The notes beneath the pieces were generated by a model that made no database searches, was not told the DNA's origin, and saw nothing but the letters and a program-made list of their open reading frames with translations. Shown piece by piece: positions 55,438 through 64,000 of a DNA stretch of 64,000 nucleotides. Location: assembly GCA_032718475.1 (NCBI GenBank), contig JAUCBJ010008071.1, positions 1 through 64,000 of the forward strand, in the 5' to 3' direction. The position numbers and the translations under genes were made by a program. This stretch comes from Nemertoderma westbladi. Lineage: Eukaryota; Animalia; Xenacoelomorpha. Every line of letters begins with the position of its first letter. Position 1 is the first letter of the stretch.

Positions 55438-57690
55438 ATGACGGAGTTGATAGAAGATGATCTTGGTATTAGGGAGCGATATACTCTACCTTTGCAAGCA
55501 TTTGTGGATAGCTTAATACGCGGTGAAGCCGATCCAACCATTACGGAGGACGATGGTCGTTATATCGAACCGCCGATGTCCCAAGAGCAACTTGCGCGTG
55601 AATTGGATTATCGAAAATTCACCGCTCGCTATACGAATCGTAAGGGTACGTATATGGACTTCTTAACTACCGGCCATCCTATCGATTTACATGATACGGA
55701 CGATGTAGATACAGAGAGGGAAATGGTTCTATTTAAATATCATACCCAGCGGAGTCGTAACGATAAACCGAGAATAGATCACGAAAATTCTATTCGTAAT
55801 AGACTGGAAAGAGAAAACGTTGAAGAACCGGATAAACGCATCGACTTCAACGAATACCTAGAATTTTTGAGAGAAACCTATCTCAACATCGCCAGTCAGC
55901 AGAACCTAGAGACTCGATATCCTCAAGGTATACATCATGACCCTGTGGTAGAACTCAAACGGCTCTATTTCACGATGATGTATCTTACCGCCGATCGTCC
56001 ACTACCTGTTATCCCGGATAGTTTTGAACAAATGGAAGAATATTGCAAAACTGGAGAACGATCACCCGCGTTTCCTCTACAGGACGTACGTCTTTGGTAT
56101 TATTGTGACGAATGCCCTAGACCCAACCAACAAACTGAAAGACACAAACAACCGCGGAGACGTTGCGCTAAACACAGCTTTACGCGTTACACTTACGGGA
56201 GTTTCGAGCGAAACCTGTTCGACGTACCACCTACGATCGCTCGTCTTAAACGATCACTGAATAAACCCATGATCAGAGTTCCGGAATACTCGGTCAGGCC
56301 TCCTCATTCCCTAGTGAGACCTCAAACTCTTGATCCTAACAGTATCACTGATCCTCCCGAACTATATTCCCTGTTCAAAGACTTAGTGTTACCCGAACAA
56401 TTAATCGGTGGTGCTCCGGTAGTGGGTTCGTTAGACATTCGCCCATCCTACTTAGCCGGATTGGGACGCGGGCAGCTAATATCGCCCTTTGATCCTTACA
56501 ATCGTCCAGGATTAAACCCGATGCAACCCGCCACGGAAGTCGAGGAGAGCGTTATAAGAAACGCTTTAGACGCTATTCGACAGAAGATCGGAAAGGGAAC
56601 ACAAGATTGTTTAGAGAAACGTAAATTACAACAACAAGTCCAATCGGTGAAGGAGTTAGCCTTGCCACAGTTCGATAGAGAAATCCAAAACCTCGAGGAA
56701 GACATCGAGCTTGGACGCACGTATTCTCTACAAGAATTTTTAGATGAACGCTTACAGAGACAAGCGGAAGAAAATCTACTCGAGGAGAAACACACGAAAA
56801 TGGACGAGAGAGAAGAAGCCGCTTTAGCCCAACCTGAAGCTCAAATCCTTATGACGGACCTCTACTCTCAAACCATTCGTCATCCCTCGATGATTCCACA
56901 TTTCGGAGACAAACTTTTCGCGACGATACAACCTCAACCGGTTGATATCAGTACAGGATCGCAAAATCTTATCGCTGACGCCCCTATGTTACAGCGTCCG
57001 CCGATAGAGGCCGCTCGTGTTGACGGTATACTCGTTGAACCTCCGGACAATCGAGCAGATCTTGTCCGTCGTATGGTACACGATGTCAACATACGCGCTA
57101 GACCTTTACAGAACTCGTTTTATGGGATTAAAGACCACCCTTATTACGTTAATCTGACTCAATATTATATGGTAAAACCAGAAGACCCGACGCATAATTT
57201 AAAGTTTCCACCACTGATAAATCCTCTAGACATTGTCGAACTCGAACAATTGCAGAAACATCTGGATCAGTTAGTAAAAGTAAACTCATTTAGAAAACCA
57301 TATAACATTTCTAGAATCGAGAAAGATATAGAACCCCCTTATAATCTCGATGGATTTATTAAAACTCGATTAGTCCATTGGAATCTAGATGTATTATTTG
57401 AAGAAGAGAAAATACAAAGATATGGAAATGTGGAGTCGTATACCACTCGGCACATGAAGTATAGTGATCTCCCTGACGCTAACCAATGCGCCACCTTGTG
57501 GCATCCAGTAGGGATGACCCTAGAGAACGCCACCAAGGAGTGGAATGAAACTCTTAATGTTATTGAGATGTATGGAGTTGTCACCTACGATAATGAAGGT
57601 AGCGTTCCGGTCGGAGAACTAGGAACTACGCGCATGATCCACATACGCGGATTAGCTGGTTCTACCCACGTGTTTACTCGACGTGATTGA
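55438..57690 (+). CDS. Retrotransposon accessory ORF3 (750 aa), unknown N-terminal region; C-terminus holds the ExoI motif of a DEDDy 3'-5' exonuclease
   Basis: Long intact ORF inside the LTR-bounded unit; CDEC...CAKH motif, coiled coil, C-terminal VVTYDNEG...MIHI; no signal peptide or TM segment visible. Confidence 0.8.
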   Translation: MTELIEDDLGIRERYTLPLQAFVDSLIRGEADPTITEDDGRYIEPPMSQEQLARELDYRKFTARYTNRKGTYMDFLTTGHPIDLHDTDDVDTEREMVLFKYHTQRSRNDKPRIDHENSIRNRLERENVEEPDKRIDFNEYLEFLRETYLNIASQQNLETRYPQGIHHDPVVELKRLYFTMMYLTADRPLPVIPDSFEQMEEYCKTGERSPAFPLQDVRLWYYCDECPRPNQQTERHKQPRRRCAKHSFTRYTYGSFERNLFDVPPTIARLKRSLNKPMIRVPEYSVRPPHSLVRPQTLDPNSITDPPELYSLFKDLVLPEQLIGGAPVVGSLDIRPSYLAGLGRGQLISPFDPYNRPGLNPMQPATEVEESVIRNALDAIRQKIGKGTQDCLEKRKLQQQVQSVKELALPQFDREIQNLEEDIELGRTYSLQEFLDERLQRQAEENLLEEKHTKMDEREEAALAQPEAQILMTDLYSQTIRHPSMIPHFGDKLFATIQPQPVDISTGSQNLIADAPMLQRPPIEAARVDGILVEPPDNRADLVRRMVHDVNIRARPLQNSFYGIKDHPYYVNLTQYYMVKPEDPTHNLKFPPLINPLDIVELEQLQKHLDQLVKVNSFRKPYNISRIEKDIEPPYNLDGFIKTRLVHWNLDVLFEEEKIQRYGNVESYTTRHMKYSDLPDANQCATLWHPVGMTLENATKEWNETLNVIEMYGVVTYDNEGSVPVGELGTTRMIHIRGLAGSTHVFTRRD

Positions 57691-59680
57691 TTATTCCTTT
57701 GAAACTCTCACCGAAACACAAAGGAATCTCCGACATGGACAATTCGAACTCGCGCAGCGTTACGTCATTGACACCGAACGCAAACCGGCCATGGGTATCG
57801 ATGGATCGATGTTACCCCAGCCCGCACTCGAGATGTTGTTCAACGAAAGAATCCTTAAAATCGGCTCAGCTGTTTATGGAGATCTCCAAAACGACTTTCG
57901 GAATATGGAGAACATTCCATACCCTTTCGTTGATACTCAGCTGATTGCTCCCTGGGCAGAAGGTCGAGGTTTCTTCCGCACCATGTATGCTAATACGTCT
58001 AGCAACATTACAAAGGTGCAACGAACTTCCATCGGACATCTTGCCTTTCAGGAATACGGATGGAATTTCAAAGTCGGAAATCCCATTAACTATCAACAAG
58101 TATACGGAGACCATTATTCTCGATTATACTTTGATGGACCATTGACCGCACCTGGCGCCGTGTATAGCTTCATGAGTGTTCCACTCCGTCCCTCCTTAGC
58201 TATATACACGATCTTTGAAAACACCGCACTTGCCGGTTGGCTAGCCGATGTGTGCAGTCGTACTATACGCGCCCATCCATTAATACTTGGGACCAAACTC
58301 GCTAAGCTAGATGAACATAATAAATTCATCCGCTTCGAATGTTTCCGGCGATTTTTAACCCCATTCCGCAACGTGGATAGCCAATTTAAAGACCGCGCTT
58401 TGACCAAGCTCAGCCTAAGAAACTCAGCTGCAGAGAAGTTGGATAGCGCTGGATTCGCCATTTTCAAAGAGATTTGTATATCGAACTTGCACTCCTCTGT
58501 TATACAAAGACCTCGAATCCCCACAGGTTATTCTGTCGTGGAAATTCAGACAATAGGTCCACCTGAAGAGACAGACACGCCCACCTCAGCTATGCACTTG
58601 GAAGACGAACCAATATGTCTAGAATCTGAGGAGATTCAGCCTATCGCGCCCCGGAACAGCGACAATGATTACATCATAGAATGGTATCAAGGTCCACAGT
58701 GTCTCACTGCGTACGATTATCGACATGCCAACTATGTTTCTAGGCAACGTTGTCGGTTATGCGCATCGAGAGACCATGATACGCCCATGGACACAAACGT
58801 CCGCTGTTCCTATTTCCAAGAACAACCGACTATGGAAATTTATTGCGCATATTGCAGACTCAATAACTTGCACATTTTTGCGGTTTGCCCTCAATTTATG
58901 ACTCAATGTCACCATTGTCAACTAAAGGGACACGCCAGTTTCGATTGCCCTTTTAATCGCGATTTGGAAAGCGTAGATGAAATGATCACACTACGTTACA
59001 TCAGAGTTTGGGAAGCGAACGCTGATTTACATTGTGATTCGCGCCATCGTTATTATCCTGGACGCGCTTACGAAGGAGTTTATGCGTTCCATCCTTATCT
59101 ATTCGCTTCTGTCGAACAGAAATCACGCATATCGAGTTACGAGCTACTGAAGCGCGTCGGAGAATGTATTTCAACCAAATTCGTACGCAAATTTCTCAGG
59201 AGTGTTAATCCTAGCGACCTTCATTCCTATAACTTAATCAATTATATCCGTCAGGATCCGGACTATGGAGACTTATTTGTTAACTCACACCCCGAGTTAC
59301 AGGAAGTATATCGACGGCCTTACGAATACCGAGCCCGCGAACGCGAGTTGGAAAGAACCATTAAACCCCGGAGGTTTCTAACTGCCTATGGTCCACCCAC
59401 GGCTCTCGTTCAGACCACTCGTAAAGGACCCGTAAGAGCGGCTGTCTTAAAACGAGCTCTCAAAGCCGTTAGACCCCTCTCCCCCGACGTTGATGTCAAT
59501 CAACCCGGTACTTCGACTGGCGGATACACCGACCATAATCCTACACCCTCTGATGCAATCATATTGCACCCTTCACCCAGGAGTTATAGCCCTCCTTGTA
59601 AAGTGGCTCGCCCCAAAGAGAAAAAGACTCTGGCTAGCTTTAAAAAACTGCGTAAACGCCGTCCGCGCAAGAAAGACTAA
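57683..59680 (+). CDS. Accessory ORF4 (665 aa): rest of the DEDDy exonuclease (ExoII/III), three CCHC-type zinc knuckles, basic tail; probably continuous with ORF3
   Basis: LPQPALEMLFNERILKIGSAVYGD, FVDTQ, SIGHLA, PLRPSLAIYTIFE; CRLCASRDH...C, CAYC...H....C, CHHCQLKGHASFDC; KKLRKRRPRKKD; starts at GTG overlapping the ORF3 end by 8 nt in the +1 frame. Confidence 0.78.
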   Translation: MIDYSFETLTETQRNLRHGQFELAQRYVIDTERKPAMGIDGSMLPQPALEMLFNERILKIGSAVYGDLQNDFRNMENIPYPFVDTQLIAPWAEGRGFFRTMYANTSSNITKVQRTSIGHLAFQEYGWNFKVGNPINYQQVYGDHYSRLYFDGPLTAPGAVYSFMSVPLRPSLAIYTIFENTALAGWLADVCSRTIRAHPLILGTKLAKLDEHNKFIRFECFRRFLTPFRNVDSQFKDRALTKLSLRNSAAEKLDSAGFAIFKEICISNLHSSVIQRPRIPTGYSVVEIQTIGPPEETDTPTSAMHLEDEPICLESEEIQPIAPRNSDNDYIIEWYQGPQCLTAYDYRHANYVSRQRCRLCASRDHDTPMDTNVRCSYFQEQPTMEIYCAYCRLNNLHIFAVCPQFMTQCHHCQLKGHASFDCPFNRDLESVDEMITLRYIRVWEANADLHCDSRHRYYPGRAYEGVYAFHPYLFASVEQKSRISSYELLKRVGECISTKFVRKFLRSVNPSDLHSYNLINYIRQDPDYGDLFVNSHPELQEVYRRPYEYRARERELERTIKPRRFLTAYGPPTALVQTTRKGPVRAAVLKRALKAVRPLSPDVDVNQPGTSTGGYTDHNPTPSDAIILHPSPRSYSPPCKVARPKEKKTLASFKKLRKRRPRKKD

Positions 59681-59758
59681 CTGTTTAGAGTATTTACATA
59701 TATTAGAAACTGTGATTTTTGTATATTTATAAACTTGAATCCCATTTTCTGGGAGCGG

Positions 59759-60907
59759 TGTAAACTTTATAAGTCCCCCTCGTCCGCAAAGTACCGTTAT
59801 AGGTGTTTTAACGGACATAAAAGTCATTCTTCTGTATGTGTGCTTTGGCGGACATGGTAAGGCAAAAAACCCGCAATGCGTCAAATACCCTGGCACAGCT
59901 TAGCCTTGATGATTCAGATTACGACATCTAACAGCTGGTTGCTGACATGGAAACGGCCATTGGACACATGGTTCTTTGTTTAGCTTAACAGCCAATCAGA
60001 GCGATTTTTTCTGTCGATGTGGAGATATTTGGCAGATCATGCTAGGAGTGTTCAGTCTTACTGTTTTTTCTTGATACTGTTTTGTTGTTTCTATCTAGGC
60101 CAGGAACACCGGCTCTAGAGTCAATTCGTTTCAGACTTTAGAAGAAACATTAGTAGGCTTAGATTATAGAGCGTATAACTATTATCTTAACAACTCAATC
60201 GGCACATATATTGTCATATCATATCTTAACCTACCGTCTTAATGCTTTTTACTGTTGTTATTATTTTGTATCAGTTGGTTGAATATTATTTGGAGAACAT
60301 CTATAAAGAACCCAAATTTCCCAATTTTCTTGATACACTACAGGTTAGAGAGACAGGTTACATATAGCGATTGCGACTTATATTATTGTGGTTTGTAGTG
60401 AATTTAATGCTATTTGATAATCACTACATGAGTCAATTGCTGTTCTCTTTATATATGATAAAATTCATTGACAGTCGGCAGATTAGTGTGCATGATTGTG
60501 ACTGATAACTAAGCATTTCCTAAAGAATGCGCCTCATACGTGAATCATAAGCCTTACCGACTTACCGTTGTGTTTAGTATAAGTCATATCTCTGTTTACC
60601 TAGATAGAGCGTCACGTCCTAAAGGAACTGTTAATATTTCCCGAAAGTGAATAATATTGGTCAGAAATTATTTATTAACGATCAATCGAATAATACAGTA
60701 AGCTTACACTGCAATAACAATCTAAGCCCTCCGAATCCAGTCTCCCGGGTATATCCAGCGGGTGAATGGACGCGCACTAGGCTGGCTTCGGCTAATGTTG
60801 TGTTTATTGGTATTAAATACTTGTCATATTCTAAAGTCTATTTATAAACCAAAAGACATATAAATTTTGGCAGGTTAAACTGCTAAAGGTCTTCAAAAGC
60901 GCGTACA
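59759..60907 (+). repeat. Putative complete 3' LTR (~1149 bp), TGTA...TACA
   Basis: Preceded by purine-rich gggagcgg (PPT-like) 70 bp after the ORF4 stop; 4-bp terminal inverted repeat; last 175 bp match the 5' remnant. The left boundary is inferred. Confidence 0.65.
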
Positions 60908-62958
60908 ATTATTGAACTCTGGTATGATTATTGATTATGTGAATTATTGCCTAATACATTGAATTGGGTAAACTAAAAAATAATACATACACATACCAAC
61001 GAACCAACAACATGCATAGAATCTAGTAATTGTTATATTGTTATCAATATTTCAATATTTTTATTATTAATTAAACAAGGAAATGCATTTTTCACATTTT
61101 AAATAAATTTACCCCAAGATCCCGTTGTACCATATATGGAACGTCTCTAAACTGAATGAAGATAATATGAACATTATTTAATTTTCATCTACTAGTTCAT
61201 TTGTATCCCAATTAAGGTATTTTGACAAAAAAATAATTTTATTTACCACAGAAATTAATTCGGGATCGAAAGGGTTAATGAAGTATTAATTGCCATTTAG
61301 TATTAATAACATATAATAAGTTCATTGCAATTTCAAAACATTGAAACTATAATTTTCCGATTTTAAGACAAAATTAGGATGAAACTTTAAGTATCTCTTT
61401 GTGGTCCTATGGAATCTGAACCGGTTATTACGTTACGGTATTTTCGGTAATACGCAATTATTTTTTTCGGAATACAGTAACGTAACGTAATTTGGAAATT
61501 ATTCCGTAACGTAATACCGTAACGTAACGTAACGTAAAACTGTAACTTGCCAATGATACGAGATAAAAGCAGTTAATTATGTTAGTTGCAGTAAAAAAAA
61601 CGGCATTTTCAGCTTTTCCAATATAGTTTCTAATTAATTAAAGTGATTTGCCTTAAGAGATTTGTTTTTTTAAATTGATCTAAACATAATTTACTTAATA
61701 AAATGCCCCTTTTCTCCACCAGGGTTTTTTCTAAATATGTTTTAGAGAAATTTTTAAATGAAAATAGCGATTTCTAAATTTTTTAATTTGTTTAGAAATA
61801 TTTATAAAACTAAAAATTGAAAGTAACAAATTTTTTTACTTTACAGAGTTTGAAATAGAAACACCTATAAATCAGAAATTAATATTACTTAATACATTAG
61901 CCATATTTAATTTTTGTTTGTCACCAAAATCGACCTTGAAACTCTAAATCTAATTCATCATCATCAGTTTCAGTTATACCATGGAAACTGGACGCAATTC
62001 CCGCCTTGGCGAATTAATATCCCGCCTCAATGTTAAATTCTCAAGTTAGGGAAAGAATCAGGTTACAGTGACACGATATTTTAACCTAAACAATAAACTA
62101 AACACAAAGGAACAGGTTACAGTTTTATTTTTAAGAGTAAATCAGCTGTTATTTGCGTCGAATTTCCCCTGGAGAAGGATGAATTTTTATTTCGTCCAGT
62201 TTCCCCCTTATCTGACCATGGAATACTCCATAGTATTCCATGGTTTTACCAATTCCTATAATATCAGATGAACTCATTTGTGGTATTATTTTACGTAGAT
62301 TGACATAGACTGCATACAATCATTACAGTCTAAGAGTGTTTCACTGTCATTCCCGTAATTTAAAGTCTTTTTAGAGCACTTTTAAAGGAAACTTATGAAA
62401 AATAATGGCTGTAGTTGATTAGGTGCAGTTAGCTGAGGCTGTGGGTCGTATCGTTACAGTAGAAAAGGACCAAGTGCGAACGGGAGGTAATTTTACCTGG
62501 AACTTTAGGCATTCAATTTAGGCATTCAACCTGACCTGGGTGAATGAAAACGGCAACATTGGAAGTTTTAAATTACCTTGATAGTTTTGGAAATGCATTT
62601 ACATGCGCTAAATAATGAAACCTGGGTGTTTTTTAATATAGAAATCCGTTTAAATTGAAGCCATCTGTTATTGGTTACGGTATCAATTATGATAAAATAA
62701 CATTACCAATAATCTGCCTACAGAATATATGATACTGAACTAGAGAAGTTAATTGAGCGTTATGATAATAATTTGAACAAATTTCCCCTCCAGTTCTTTA
62801 TGTAACAAAGAAAATATAAGCATTTAATTGAATTTCAACAACAAGAACTTTAAACGTATTTATCTCAAAATTGTTTGTTCCGCGTGGCGAGACCTCTAGT
62901 ATTCACTCAGTTGTTGTTGTTAATTTCTCGTTAGATTTTGGTATTAAGAATTGATGCG

Positions 62959-63029
62959 GCCCCTGTGGCTCAGTTGGCAGAGCGTGGTATTTTGAATCTC
63001 TAGGTACCGGATTCAATCCCCCATTCCGG
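62959..63029 (+). pseudogene. tRNA-derived sequence (Lys-like head; pseudogene or SINE)
   Basis: gcccctgtggctcagttggcagagcgtgg...ggattcaatcc; A box good, B box and acceptor stem degenerate. Confidence 0.5.
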
Positions 63030-63166
63030 TGAATGTTTTTTGTTGTAAGATTGGTAGTAGGATAGAGACAGTTCATGCGTTAGTAAACGCGGACCTTTGT
63101 GAGATTTCTCGCTATTTCTCTTAAAATTACCGGATATACTGTACGTAAAAATAAAGTTGAAAACAA

Positions 63167-63352
63167 GCAATACAGCAGTAATACAGCAGTAATACAGCAG
63201 TAATACAGCAGTAATACAGCAGTAATACAGCAGTAATACAGCAGTAATACAGCAGTAATACAGCAGTAATACAGCAGTAATACAGCAGTAATACAGCAGT
63301 AATACAGCAGTAATACAGCAGTAATACAGCAGTAATACAGCAGTAATACAGC
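63167..63352. repeat. 11-bp minisatellite (aatacagcagt)n, ~17 copies
   Basis: Perfect tandem array. Confidence 0.95.
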
Positions 63353-64000
63353 ATGGCTTGCTTTTCATTTGCACAATTTATTCATTATTTTGGTTTCCTA
63401 AAGATTTATTTTTTAGATTTTCTAAACTTTTTCTGCTCTTTTAGAAACTTTTTCACAGTTTTGCAACAGGATCCCGATCCCGATGGTAAAATATCGGGAT
63501 TTTTCGGGATTTGCTATATCTGAATTGATGTTCCCTGCAGCTTAAAAGTTTGTAAAATTTTCTCAAAATGTACAATTTTTGCCTGTAACAAAACAAACAT
63601 TTTTGTCAAAAAATTTGGGAGGATTTTCAATGGGTGATTGATAAGTTTATTGATATGGATGAGTCAAGATATGTAAGGAAATTTCCTAGACATTTTTCCG
63701 AAAGTTTCCTATTTTATTTTAATATTTAATTTACTGAAATATCCTCATATTAATTATCGCATAAAAATAGTAATACGATTTGAACTAAAATTGTGATTGT
63801 GACTTTGTGTTTTGTCAATTTCATTATTAACTAGATCTTATAAATTGAACGCAATTTCGGAAATTAATACATTTTAACAATTAATCAATTTTAACTCTTT
63901 CACAATTTAATACTTCCTGCTATTTTGCCAGTTTATACACATGTAGAGTAAACACTAGAAACAATGTGATTCCTGCTTAGTTGTGTTGTGGTGATTCGTT

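Larger units (their letters stand above)
41991..60907 (+). mobile_element. Bel/Pao LTR retrotransposon (~19 kb) with extra 3' ORFs; 5' LTR truncated
   Basis: 175-bp direct repeat 41991-42165 / 60733-60907 (~4 mismatches) ending TACA; gag-PR-RT-RH-IN order and motifs diagnostic of Bel/Pao. Confidence 0.9.

Noticed and set aside
55438-59680. env gene interpretation of the extra ORFs
   Set aside because: No signal peptide, fusion peptide or C-terminal TM helix; motifs indicate a nuclease and zinc knuckles
62959-63029. Functional tRNA gene
   Set aside because: Acceptor and anticodon stems do not pair properly and the B box is mutated; treated as tRNA-derived. The same applies to 39380-39450.

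Overview
Repeat-rich, AT-rich animal (invertebrate-like) genomic DNA with spliceosomal introns. Host genes: a complete 10-coding-exon CCDC81 gene on + (386-19188, 650 aa by my exon chaining); the 3' part of a tandem-SH3 protein gene on - (23052-~26900); and two exons of a divergent ionotropic glutamate receptor on - (28797-29990). The rest is mostly mobile DNA: a full-length intact RTE LINE (~34244-37787), truncated RTE, RTEX-like and L2/Crack-like LINEs, Helentron/DINE-like non-autonomous elements, SINEs, a Penelope-type hammerhead palindrome and many minisatellites, several sitting directly on CCDC81 splice sites. The main finding is a ~19 kb Bel/Pao LTR retrotransposon (41991-60907). Downstream of gag-pol and inside its terminal repeats it carries ~4.2 kb of extra non-env coding sequence (750 aa + 665 aa, probably one ~1400 aa protein split by a +1 frameshift) with a WRN/Mut-7/EXD-like DEDDy 3'-5' exonuclease motif set, three CCHC-type zinc knuckles and a basic C-terminal tail. 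All domain calls come from reading motifs by eye; no searches were run.
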